A stretch of 63,823 nucleotides of DNA, counting the filler, from Phoronis australis (taxonomy: Eukaryota > Animalia > Phoronida): assembly GCA_002633005.1 (NCBI GenBank). It is 8 parts of 8 records of this genome, joined end to end, with 100 filler letters (N's around TTAATTAATTAA, not from the genome) between each part and the next. Parts side by side here need not be neighbours in the genome. Positions count along the whole stretch, not along the records: positions 3,923 to 19,396 come from NMRA01000251.1; positions 19,497 to 23,185 come from NMRA01002893.1; positions 23,286 to 31,210 come from NMRA01001370.1; 5 more parts are not named here. One strand, written 5' to 3'. A program made the translations under genes and the position numbers. Shown piece by piece: positions 11,701 through 24,971 of this stretch; the stretch's first letter is position 1, and the number at the start of each line of letters is the position of its first letter. Below the pieces are notes generated by a model. It was not told the origin of the DNA. It searched no databases and saw only the letters and a list, made by a program, of their open reading frames with translations.

Positions 11701-14700
11701 TATTGCTCGAGACTGTCCTCGGAAAATAGTATGACAATGAACTTGCTGATGATTGTCACAAGCAATGACGAACTCTCATTTCTTCACGAAGTCATTCTTA
11801 ATTTGACCCAGGGACATTTTGAGGCCAGTTTTATAACGATAAGAAACTAGTCCGAAGTTAATTCTAATGAAGGAAGATGGATTTATTGACGCTTTAAAGT
11901 ACCGTGTACGCTTGAATATTAAATACCGGGCTGCTTACCGAGTGGGGTTTAGCTCCGCTAGTAAAGTCTCGAACTGGGGCCGCTTTTAAAAGATGTGAGT
12001 TCGATTGAATCCAACTTGGACGGTAATGCAAATCAAAGCTCGGCACAGAACGACAAGAGATAATTATAAATGTACATGTACTGTTTGTTCTTGGGTGTAC
12101 GTGAGAGGAAGACGCGAGAAGTTTGAGCACGTCGGCAGTGTGAATCCCTATTGAATAAGCACTAGGAATTGGAGTTGTGCGAGATGAGCTGTTTTAAAAA
12201 TGTTCGGTAATGTCGAGTTTCCTCGGTAGGTGCCTGATAAGGCAACCGGTGAGTTTGCATTGTTATCTCGTCTTTCAGAAATTGTTTGACTTTCAATCAC
12301 AGTGTCGATTCATTTTAAAGTAAACATATACCATGTATACTCAATTTTGAATAGCGTATACATTTCCTGTGCTTAGCTTGTCACCCAAAATAGACTTGTT
12401 CGCTGAGTCGCTATTAAGAATAAAACATAGCATAATTTCGAACAAATACTAATGCGAAACTTGCTCTTCAAAATAATAATCCGCTTTGGAAACCTGATAA
12501 AGTTGTAATTAAAACTGTTGAGATATGAATCATTTTGGGAATATCTATTATCGTAGTAGTGCAGTTAAAGATGGCACGTCTGGAGTTTGAAATTTTGATT
12601 GATGGTTTTGTCTTGTACTGTAAACTTGCGAGTTAGGCGGAACGTGAAGGTCACCTGGTTCGCTGAGCCAGCATGAAGACGACGATCGTTGGCGTCAAAA
12701 AATGTTGCGAAAGCAAATTAAAGTAAAAGGAAAAGCCAAGTAAATAAATCAAAATAGTTTTGACGAAAAAGTTCTGAACAACTGTTGGAGTGTTGTTTGA
12801 GAGGATATCCCATTATAATTTGTTGGCCAACTCTTGATTGCGAATTAGAAAACGCTGCATGTTGCATTTGACTTGAGTAGAATTGGTAACGACATAAGAA
12901 TCCTATCACGGTGAGTAGTCCGACTTCATGAATGTAAAAAGGCTTGGCTGCGATACAAAAACTCAACCTTCGCTGTACTATGAACTAAAGCGAGATGCGG
13001 TTCTCGGCACTGTGGGCAGTGGGCATGATGATCGCAACCAGAGTTATAATCACCTGTATTAACGTTAAAATTATGTAAACTCACTGGGATACGAGTGTGA
13101 CGCAGGCGGTCGAGCGTATCAGCCGACTGCAGTCGGCTTTGGTGAGCGGCTGCGGTCGTTTATCATACCTGGATTATTGACTAAAATTAAGTCAGTTATG
13201 GCTTTCAAACTATGCTTTTTATATTCAGCTGATTTGAAAATACCGACTGACCTCTTTCGTCATTAATCAGTCGAGAACGAGGTGTCATCGGCGTCTAGTG
13301 GTAATGCAGCATGGATGCAAATGTCATGGCGCCACTCGACATTGGAAGTGATTTCGCAGTGAGGTCTCAGTGAAAGATTCAAGTTTTGATTTGAGGAAAT
13401 GTTTTAAGCTCGACATCTCAGGGAGAAATATTTAGATCATGTTCTAGTTCTTTGCCAAGGCGCAGGTACACAGTTCTTGACTTCTTGCGCCCTGCAGTCC
13501 ACATCTCGTCAAAAATGATTTTTAGATGTTTGTCATATTTTGTACCAAGGTATTCGCGGAGCAATTCTAAGTATTCCAGGCGACTGTCTAACCTAATACG
13601 CTTGAACTCGTTTTCATGGCCCCAGCGACAACAATTAAAACTTCGACCAGGAAAATGTTGCTAAAGCAAGATCAACAGAACAAAATATTAAATTTTTGCT
13701 CATATTTAATGTCGAGGTGTTGGTCGGGCCTTCACAGGCAAAAGTCGATTTGGGTGGCCTCAAGCTGGTTGCCAAGGAATAGCGAGACATTTAACGGGGT
13801 TACAAAGCCAAGCCACCTTCCGTCACACGAATAACTTTAAGTCTTGTTCATACTGGGGTGTTGGTGGGTGGGGCATCTCCAGGAACCTGGCGACTTTGGT
13901 GACCTTGACCTTGTCGTCAAGGCAACAGCTAGTAAACTGATATGCCATTGAAACTGTTTCAATAGAGTGACATCTATGGTTGGAAAGAATTGAAAGTTCG
14001 TTATTAGCGAAGACCAGATTCTACAATTATGCTTGTCACAGCAGGCCATTCTAATTGTCCACCAAACATGATCTCAAACAAGTACGACCAGTCGTGTTTT
14101 CAAACTCAGAAATATTTTATTTTCGTCACTAATACTATTTAACGCTTTGAAATTTATTTTAATTTTATTCTTCACTTAAATGAGAAGCGATTTCTAGTTT
14201 GAAAAAATGACAATTTCTGAGTCGTCGAGACCACGCCGTGACACGTACATGTACGTAGAGCCCGATATTAAACAATTCCGAAATGCCATTTCTTTTGAAA
14301 TACTGCAACCATCTCTAATTTGCCTATGAAACACGTTGAGACAAGTTTGCAGACGCAAAGTGGTCTTGATCGAAATTCATTTTTTTGCTGGAAGGCAGAA
14401 ATTTATCCGCTTTAAGTCATGCGCACTCCTTTAATTGATACACGCTTTGACAGGATACACGAAGGAGTTGTGACTGAAAGTAAAGAAACCAAGATGCTTA
14501 TTGATTTTTTAAAATAAAAGCTTGCCATTATTATAACCGCAGCAGTGCTTTTTGGCATCTGCTCAGATTCGCCAGAGAATTTCTTGAGAGTTTAACAGGC
14601 CACCGAACGTCTGCCCTGTCATTTTTCTTCTGTGGATTTGTAAATCGAGGAATCTTTTAAACAAGGGATTCTTGTTGGGCAGCCAGCATAGGGGTTACAG

Positions 14701-15695
14701 TAAAATGCCTCTCTGCTCGATAACGACTTTCTCAGTGAATGCGCAATGTAGAAAGACCATGTTGCATCATTAATCTGAAATTTGAATTCGTGATCAGCTT
14801 GGGGACATTCCGTATAACACAAATTTCCGTATATTCGCAGTTCAACGTTGCGAAAACATTACAGTGTACGGTGCGCATTAATCGATTTCTGCTTTCATTG
14901 TTTTACGTTTTTATGGGCTTAAAACAGTTAATTAGAACAAAAAAAACACATTTATCTGGATACATGCGTTTAAGGCAGATTATTACGAAGGCTAAACATT
15001 CTTAGCTAGGGGTCTACAATACGATGTCACTGCACCCATATTATTAACTCGCAAATTCTACTACATGTACAAGGAGAAAAACTTGTAGAGCCACTAACTA
15101 AATGAAAAAAGTCCTCATTAACATCCTCTGTTTTCTGAGACTTGCTACTTGGGGAAATGAAATTTCTCGAAGAATGTTGCGGTTGTGTTCAAGTTTTTTG
15201 TATGCACGCTACAGGTAGCATTTTTTATCCGATCTGCATGGAAGTTACATTCAATATGTGCCTTGTAAATTGTTTGAAGCTTGTCTTGGTAGAAATCTGA
15301 TGCAAGATGGCGCTGTGGCAGCCATTTTGCATAAGTTTTGATTTGCCTACCCGTACATCCCCTTTGTCTGGAGGGATTCCGATTTTTCTTAGGGATAAAC
15401 TATTTCAGATGCTATCGGATATATGTAATCCGTTTTTATTTGCCTCTTACAGTTCTCGACTTATTCAAGATTTTGCGGTGGCGCTCTTAAATTAATTGAG
15501 TTTTTGTGCCGTATTTCCAATGTCCCTGAACGGATCTTTTTGAAATTTGGCACGTGGATAGATCCTGGAAATGGCTATCTGCATTGCATCATCCGTTTCT
15601 TGCTGCGGCTTGCAAATTTCACGCTTTTGGTCAGGTGTCTCTTTTGTTGTTGATCCACTCCTCCTTGCACTTCGGCTCACCACACTCGCTTTGAT

Positions 15696-15899
15696 ATTTA
15701 CACATCTATGGTGGACCTGTGATTTACACATATGTGGTGGACCTGAGATTTACATATCTATGATGGACCTGAGATTTACACATCTGTGGTGGACCTGAGA
15801 TTTACACTTCTATGGTGGACCTGAGATTTACATATCTATGATGGACCTGAGATTTACACATCTATGGTGGACCTGAGATTTACACATCTGTGGTGGACC
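15696..15899 (+). repeat. 26-bp minisatellite, ~8 copies
   Basis: Unit ATTTACACATCT(A/G)TGGTGGACCTGAG at 15696, 15722, 15748 ... 15878 with no spacers. Confidence 0.95.
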
Positions 15900-18800
15900 G
15901 TTGGGGCGTAATATTACGTGCGTGAATTAATTCTTATTAGTAGAGAAAATTAATTTTTGCGGCGTAAAATAATTATTTGCGGCATTAACTAATTACTTTA
16001 CGCATCAAAAATTACTTTACGCCATTAAAATACGCACGTATAGGCACGTAATTTAATTGTTGTACTGTAATTATTTAGAAGCTTAAATTAATTATTTGGG
16101 ACGTAAAGTAACTATTTAGGGCCCAATTTACCGGCGTAAAGTAGTTTTTGCGGCAAAATTTAACTCGGAAATTAATTATTTGCGACGTCATTTTACGGTG
16201 ACACTTTCCTTCCCAACAGCCATTCATCATACGCATCGCTTATCTCGCGAGATGTGTGAGGTCTGTTAATTTTGGACAAATCCGGCACAGGGTGCCGTAG
16301 TGATAGCTTTATAAAATAGGGAGCTTCTGTTCTTGATTTTTTTCCGACGCCATTTCATTTTGTTTTTCATTCGATTTCACATGTCAGAGCGCTTTCTGTG
16401 AACTGTTGTTCGATTTCGGTCCTCAGAGCGCTTTCCCTTAATTATAAGGTAATAGTACAGCGGCGGAGAATTTGTCCGCATGAAAATTGCTGGGCTCATT
16501 CTTGTACAAATTAGTCTAAAGCTTGCGCAGAATTTCTGTCGTATCATTTTTTAGAAAGCTATTGATTTTTCTGAGAATCAGGTGAAAGACGACGGAATTA
16601 GAAGGCGTTCATTTTCAGGTTCAGGCGAATGACAGGATGCGATTAGTTCAGTTGACTTCCGTAGACGTTCGTTTGGCAGGGAAAATTTGTTGTTGAGTCT
16701 TTTTAACGCAAATATCACTGAAATTGTCCCTGTGCAGGTTTCCGTTGTAAGAATTTGCACTGGTTCTGAATACATGTACATGAAGGCTTGATTTGTCAAT
16801 GGAAATTGATGTTGGCTGGGCGGTGCAATTACATCTGACTGCAGTGGAAAGAACGAGATCGTGGATTCTTTTATTTTGTTGTCGTGATTTTTGAAATAGG
16901 TGTATTTTTCATGTCTGGATTGACTTTTATTGATTTGTTCACTGGTGATTATTTTTTGAAAATGAAATACAAATTACGTAATGAACGTATGGTGTGTCAT
17001 TATACCCAATCGCTGCATAGTCCTTAACGACTAAACGCAGTAAGGATTACATAATCACAACTTTTGCATTCATGGCAAATGGAAAAGCCTGCTTTTTATT
17101 TGCTCAACGCACCATGTATGCATGTACTCATCACGTGTGCCTCCATTGTAGTTTGTCGTCGTTGTTGAGCCAGTGTCCAGGCTTCGAATTGCTGACATCA
17201 TCGGCTTTGTTGTCAACGCCAACGTCATCACTGAGGGTCAACACATACAATTTCTTGTTTTCAATGTCACCATCAATTCTATATTCTTTTTTCCATTACA
17301 TTTTTCTAAGCGTCACCCTTCAGAGCGTTTTCATTTCTGTTTTGTTTTTTGGCTTGAACAAATCACGCAAACGTATGTGCATAAATAGCATGTATCTGAA
17401 GCCATTTGCATTTAATTAGGCTCATTAGAGAACGTTTCGCTTGTGCTTTCATGCACATTTACAGTGACACGTAACTTATAGCCTTCCTGTTTCTACTCGA
17501 TATTAACCGAGTTTAATGAAAAATACAGAAAATGGGAACGGACATGGACATCAACAAACCTATTAAATGACGTTCAGACATACACGGGTTAGAAGTCCGC
17601 ACTTATAACTGGAGCATAACATTGACGAAGGCGCCAAGGTATGTCAAGCCCTTGTGTAAAATATTGAAAAATACACATGTATAGTATATTTTTAAACGAT
17701 TTCGATAAAAACAGATGGACTTTAATACGTGCACACACGGGAGTAAATGTCAACCCAGTATTGCATTGCATCATAGACTATATTGCATTGGTTAACACGA
17801 TGCTTATGAGATTAAGCATTACAAGCTTCAAGAAATTATAAACAACAGAAACAACACCATATTGACTACCTTAACTAAGCGAACCTAAATGTTATATTTT
17901 CAACTTAATGCGTGTTGAACGACGTGGATACGGTTTTCTACTACCCACTTTGGACGAGCTATGGTTCGTGTTTAGCATTTTTTGTCTTATTTATCTTATT
18001 ACATTTCAAGTTGCAGTATTGAAGTAACACGGGTAATTTCGTCTTTTGTCTCTGTACGATTGGTTGTTGATATATATTTTTTAATTCAACAGAACACACA
18101 AATCCATAACTGGTATCTGTGTATTCACTATGTGGTAAACAAACACATCACGAACGTTGATTTCGGAAACCGTTACAAGTTTTGATTTGTTGCTCTTCAT
18201 TGTCGTTGTGTGGGTTCCCTCATTTTCACTCGTGTTATTTAGACAGGCGTACTAGTTGGAACACAACTTTGGCGCATCAGTTTATTGGCGCACCGAGTTA
18301 GTAACCACTGGCGGTCAATTGAAATTTATAGACGTATATGACGCGAATACGTCCCTAGCAACCATATGACATCCTACTGTTATTAGTCTGAAGCGTAATT
18401 AGAGGTACTTGCGGCAGAAAGTTTGACTTAACTAGAATATTGCATTCCAAATGACTGGGCTTCCAGTTGGGGGAAATCGTTTGAAACTCCTGTCATTGGA
18501 AATAAATTATACCAAATTGATCACAAGCGTCTACAAAAAGGTAAAATTTATCTTATGGGCGCTGCACGTGATTGTGCAACAATACACTAAGCGTTTCTGA
18601 GTTAACAAAACGCGTGAGCATCCTTCGCCTACGCATATAGGTGCATGAAAAACTAATTGATCACCAAGTATTGAGATATAAGAGGCAAAGAATTACTGAA
18701 CGGCACCGGAAGTACATTTTACTTTGGATATTCCCGGACTGACCACTGAGGGGATTGGTCGATCATGTTTGAAAAGAAACATCCCCAACAGTCACTGTAC

Positions 18801-19365
18801 CCGCAATCGTGTTTCTTAAACTCGTAGACTATGATGTGCCATAGAACTCTAGTTCCGACACGCCATCTTCCCCACTTGACCTACATGTATACATGTATGT
18901 ATATATTCTATTAGAGATTGCCACCCCCCAGACCAGCCGCGAGAGTTTACATTCTCAATTTCTAGAGTTTTCATCGAGTGTTTTAGTTATTAAATGAGGC
19001 CTAACTTCATTGCTTCGTTATTCATTTTGACACTTTTGTTCATCGAGCGAGACTTGAGCTACGGTTCTAGACAACCAGTGATTTCCCGGCAAAATTAGTC
19101 CACTATTACATTGGCCAGTATTCATACGCACCGGTGGGTATAGTCTGGCCTTTGATATCTTTATGTCTCCTGTCTCAGAAACACTTTCGGCAACATATCA
19201 AACTACATACAAGAGTTTTTCAAACAAAACATTTTTGAGTGTTCTGTATTTTATGGAAAGAAGCGACATTTGTTTTCCGGGTGTCTGTTTTGCAATTAAA
19301 AATTAAAAGTTTAGCCTTTGGCGCGTTTACGCGACTTTCGAAAAAACCCTTCTATTTGTGTAGCT

Positions 19366-19367
<2 letters not shown>

Positions 19368-19396
<29 letters not shown>
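19368..19396 (+). repeat. (TG)n microsatellite at a contig end
   Basis: Pure GT repeat running into the spacer. Confidence 0.95.
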
Positions 19397-20674
19397 NNNN
19401 NNNNNNNNNNNNNNNNNNNNNNNNNNNNNNNNNNNNNNNNTTAATTAATTAANNNNNNNNNNNNNNNNNNNNNNNNNNNNNNNNNNNNNNNNNNNNCCTC
19501 AATTGATTGTGTTTGGGTTAGGAATACAAAACACAAAGCTTCTGCTTGAAGGGTTGAATTTCTTTATGGTTGCAGTCTGCTGATGAGGCAGGCCTGTGAC
19601 TCCCAGACAAGCTCTTACCTAAGATGGGCTCATGTCGTCTGCCTGCACATGCATACTATAGGTGCTAATGTTTGCAGTTCTGCTGTAAAATTATCCCTTT
19701 TTCATATGAAATAAAAAGAAATTTCATTTTTATTTGATGGTGCGGTAAAATATGACTAATTTTACTTCATAGTGCGACATACGTGGGAAATCTTTTTGTT
19801 TTTTTGTAAAAATAAGTAACCCCAGGCAAATATTTTAAATATAGTTTTTAACTTCTATGTCATGGCTACCATCAAACAATTCGAATTGTTTTGAGAAATT
19901 GTGGACAATGTTGATAGACTTTGATGAATGAAAAAGATCAATTTTTGACATTTATCGTTGTCCAAAATAGGTAAGATCTTACCCTACATAACTGAGGGTT
20001 TGACATTCAATGTTATGCCAGTGACTTTATCACCACAGATATAAGCAACCACTCAAACAAAACAGTCTTTCTAATAGCTGACTTTCGAAATAGCCGCGCC
20101 ATTTTGAAATTCACTATCCCACCAGATGACGATCAGGTCTTTGGTGGACAGGCATTCAGCGCCACCTACAGATCCCATGTAATGGGAATGGGAGGTTTCA
20201 ACCCACGAGTGTAAAAGGCCTTTCCTGCTATTATAATGTCGACAAATTTCCACTGCTGTGGGGTGGGATGTACTAATACCTTTTGAAAAATCAATGGATG
20301 AGAAAGGTCGTCATGTTTCATACATTACCCGCCGTAAGAAGTACCGTGGTATTTGCTGACAAAGGGAGTGGGTACGGCTGATAAACGTGAGGATTTCGAT
20401 TCCAGTCAGTGTCAAAAAGCTAAAATTAATTAGTGAACTTAAACTAATAAAATCAAGTGATGGGAGGGAATGCTAGTGGCATTTATTCCTCGGCTTTTAA
20501 ATTAATAAACCACTATGATATTTGAATTTCTGTCCACCAAATCTGAGTCTGGATCAGTCGGAAGTCAATTTCATATTCCCATTACTCTAAATAGCGCCAA
20601 TATGAAAAGCCTCCGATTTAGGTGCTGGTCCAAGATTATGTTGAAAGCCACCATCACACACGTACTGAGTTGTA

Positions 20675-23185
20675 ATGTGGGGACCAGTCTTGGTGTACAT
20701 GGTAATGTGNTGGTAATGTGGGGACCAGTCTTGGTGTACATGGTAATGTGGGGACCAGTCTTGGTGTACATGGTAATGTGGGGACCAGTCTTGGTGTATA
20801 TGTGCATAGTGTGCAGTTAGCAGAATGTAATCATCATCATCATTATCAAAGTTTCTGGCACATGTCATCGTCAACAATGGCTTGTTGCATTAAACATTTG
20901 TAAATATTTTGTTGAAATCTTCATCATTCTTCATCAAAAGTATTTTATTTCAGTTATTATCCTTCTTCTTCTTCCTACACCAAACTTCAACAAGTTGAAA
21001 GCGCTGGTGGACGTCACTTAACAAATTTTAATTTGATTTAGCAAATAAGTGTATGTACAGTTGAGATGCATAGTGTGATTAAAAACAAACATGTACCGGG
21101 TACACTGTCTTAATTTTTGGAATGGTCTGAGCCGCTAATCATATGATGAAATGCATCAACAGAGGGAGCACTCACTTTGTCTAGGATGAGTTGTTCCTTT
21201 ATCTAATGATAGACGAGAAGAAGCTATATAAATGGAAATTATATAGCTTCTCCAAACATTTCATGTTTAAAAATATATGTACTTAAAACTTAAAAAGTTT
21301 TAAAACAGCAGCACTACCTTACAATATCTCCATAGATCCCGTCTTTACTGGGCAATGAAAGTAATCATTATGGTGAAGCTTAACATCAAACTTTGCTGTT
21401 TACATTTAGTATTGGATTTGACTCAATGGGAAAGCCATTTAATATTAGATTAGTGGACAACTCTTAAATTTCAAAGTACCCCTTCTACAATCATCTAAAT
21501 GTTCACCTATAGTTACCGAGGTTTTTGCAATAAGGCGACCAAGGCTTACCAAGATTGCATTTAATAATGCGATTCAAGCTATTGGGAGGATGCCGTGGTC
21601 TGCTGTTTGTCATATTTTCAGATTAGTCATTTGAAGCTGGATAGAAAATCCTGTGCAGCTGACTACGCTTTCTATTTGAAATTCTAGATGGCTGCTGTTT
21701 ATTTTAGACATTTGGTGCGATATGGATCAGGCAATCTTATCAATCTTTTTGTGTTTTCCATGAAAGCATATTAAAATACAACCTGATTGGTGACAGTTGT
21801 TGAGCGTGGCTCATTTTTCTCCGACTTGACAGTGGTGTCAGTAGTGTCAACCATTCCGGCTTTTACTGAAGGGTGCAAATTTCAACAATCAGACAATGCA
21901 CTGCAAGTACCTAAGAGCCTAGGTACGAGTGTGATGCATGGACAAAGCCCAACTAGGGTCATGGAAAGGAATTAATACCTAATACTGGACTCGCATTTCA
22001 ATTGAGGGACATTGCTTCCTCATCGCGAGGACTTTCACTAGCTAATGCCTGGTTGAGTTTGGCTGATGACGTAATCTATGTAGAATGAAATTCAGCGCGC
22101 GATCCAATGTCTAGGAAAGAATGTGGGGACCAGTCTTGGTGTACATGGTAATGTGGGGACAAGTCTTGGTGTACATGGTAATGTAGGGACCAGTCCTGGT
22201 GTACATGGTAATGTAGGGACCAGTCTTGGTGTATATGGTAATGTAGGGACCAGTCTTGGTGTATATGTGCATTGTGTGCAGTTAGCAGAATGTTATCATC
22301 ATCATCATTATCAAAGTTTCCGGCACATGTCATCGTCAACAATGGCTTGTTGCATTAAACATTTGTAAATATTTTGTTGAAATCTTCATCATTCTTCATC
22401 AAAAGTATTTTATTTCAATTATTATCCTTCTTCTTCTTCTTCTTCCTACACCAAACTTCAACAAGTTGAAAGCGCTGGTGGACGTCACTTAACAAATTTT
22501 AATTTGATTTACCAAATAAGTGTATGTACAGTTGAGATGCATAGTTTGATTAAAAACAAACATGTACACTGTCTTAATTTTGAGAATGGTCTGAGCTGCT
22601 AATCCTATGATGAAATGCATCAACAGAGGGAGCACTCACTTTGTCTAGGATGAGTTGTTCCTTTATCTAATGATAGACGGGAAGAAGCTATATAAATGGA
22701 AATTATATAGCTTCTCCAAACATTTCATATTTAAAAATATATGTACTTAAAACTTAAAAAGTTTTAAAACAGCAGCGCTACCTTACAATATCTCCATAGA
22801 TCCCGTCTTTACTGGGCAATGAAAGTAATGGTGAAGCTTAACATCAAACTTTGCTGTTTACATTTAGTATTGGATTTGACTCAATGGGAAAGCCATTTAA
22901 TATTGGATTAATGGACAACTCTTAAATTTCAGAGTACCCCTTTTACAATCATCTATGTTCACCTATAGTTACCGAGGTTTTTGCAATAAGGCGACCAAGG
23001 CTTACCAAGATTGCATTTAATAATGCGATTCAAACTATTGGGAGGATGCCGTGGTCTGCTGTTTGTCATATTTTCAGATTAGTCATTTGAAGCTGGATAG
23101 AAAATCCTCTGCAGCTGACTACGCTTTCTATTTGAAATTCTAGATGGCTGCTGTTTATTTTAGACATTTGGTGCGATATGGATCA
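20675..23185 (+). repeat. ~1.05-kb direct duplication (20675-21729 / 22121-23185), each copy starting with a 30-bp minisatellite
   Basis: Near-identical copies; unit GGTAATGT(G/A)GGGACCAGTCTTGGTGTACAT occurs about 4-5 times in each. Confidence 0.9.
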
Positions 23186-24009
23186 NNNNNNNNNNNNNNN
23201 NNNNNNNNNNNNNNNNNNNNNNNNNNNNNTTAATTAATTAANNNNNNNNNNNNNNNNNNNNNNNNNNNNNNNNNNNNNNNNNNNNTCAACAACCTGACGT
23301 CCAGCATCAGTGCCTATGATTGACATGTATCGATGGTCAAGGTAATATGAGTGTGCGTGGGAGTGTTTAAGATGAGTGTGACAATGTGTTGAGGGTGGCG
23401 ACGGCAAATGTAAGTGTGTGCATAATGATTTTCATATATGAAGCATGTTCCAAAAATGATAGGTGTGTCGCAAGCTATGTTTCCAGATATAAGAAGGAAA
23501 GGTGTATAGGAGAAACAAAGGTTATTTATTATGAGTGATAACAGTACAGAAATATGAGTGATGAATAATAAGTAAACATAAAATAATAATTTGGAAAGAT
23601 AAGCAATAAAAAGCGTAGCACTCAGGTAACAGGAACCACCAGAAAAGGGGCGTGGTAGTGAGTGGGGAAAAATGAATAAAGATTTTACTCAAACGTAGGA
23701 GCTGCTAAAGCAAGGAATGACATGAATCATATGATTACTGAGAACAAAAGTTAACCCTGAGACACGTGATAATCATCAGTCAATAGGAGCCAGGAGCAGA
23801 TAACCAAGGCAAATAACAGAAACAAACCAATAGTGAGACTGGTAATAAAGTGTCCTAGTGCGTCGTGTGCAAATCTCATCAAAGGATTTAGTGGATGAGT
23901 CCGAATGAAGAAAAAATGGTGGTATAAGCAAGACGAGTCCGTATTCTCACATAAATATATTTAATGAGTGAAATACCATTTATGTTCGAAGTATAATATC
24001 AAAAATGAT

Positions 24010-24111
24010 AGGTGCGTACCAAGCTCCGTTTCCAGAGGTAAAAAGGTGCGTCCCAAGCTCCGTTTCCAGAGATAAAAAGGTGAGTCCCAAGCTCCGTTTC
24101 CAGAGATAAGA
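24010..24111 (+). repeat. 34-bp tandem repeat, 3 copies
   Basis: AGGTGCGT(A/C)CCAAGCTCCGTTTCCAGAG(G/A)TAAAA at 24010, 24044, 24078. Confidence 0.9.
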
Positions 24112-24534
24112 AGAAGAGGTATATAAGAGCAACAAAGGTAATTTATTATGAGTGATAAGGGTACAGAAATATGAGTGTTATATTTTTGCATGAGGCTTGG
24201 GGTAATTGGGATGTTGAGCAATAAAGTGTGAACTATGAGGAGAGTGTCACTCGCGTTTCCCTGGTTTAGTAAACAACTAGATAAACTGCCGTGAAAAGGG
24301 TAAAACTTTCCTGTCGAGTTTTTCATAGAAGGATGTCAATCAAGTAAAACAGTAGTCTTCCCCCATGTTGAGTTTTATTCACAGAGGATATTATTCGAGT
24401 AGAGATTGTCATCATTGCTCCTAATCTGGGGAATTAGTGGGGCATTAAATTCAGACATGCTAACTAGGTTTAATCTTGCCTGGTGGGCTGATGACAATTC
24501 CTTCATTGGTTAATTAATTTGTAACATGTGACGA

Positions 24535-24971
24535 ATTAATGGTGCAATGGTATGAAAGTGACGAATCTGAGAAATGCTATAACTAAGTGAAACCGTTGAG
24601 TGACAAAAGCTAAATACGAAACATTAATGGTGCAATGGTATGAAAGTGACGAATCTGAGAAATGCTATAACTAAGTGAAACCGTTGAGTGACAAAGCTAA
24701 ATGCGAAACATTAATGATGCAATGGTATGAAAGTGACGAATCTGAGAAATGCTATAACTAAGTGAAACCGTTGAGTGACGAAGCTAAATGCAAAACATTA
24801 ATGGTGCAATGGAATGAAAGTGATGAATCTGAGAAATGCTATAACTAAGTGAAACCATTGAGTGACAAAGCTAAATGCGAAACATTAATGGTGCAATGGT
24901 ATGAAAGTGACGAATCTGTGAAATGCTATAACTAAGTGAAACCGTTCAGTAACAAAGCTAAATGCGAAACA
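24535..24971 (+). repeat. 87-bp tandem repeat, 5 copies
   Basis: Units start ATTAATG at 24535, 24623, 24710, 24797, 24884. Confidence 0.95.

Noticed and set aside
13400-14050. Coding-looking stretch, possibly decayed retroelement
   Set aside because: No diagnostic RT, RNase H or recombinase motif could be identified.
15696-15899. CRISPR-like regular repeats (also 20675-20800, 22121-22265, 24535-24971)
   Set aside because: Head-to-tail units with no unique spacers, no cas genes, eukaryotic context.
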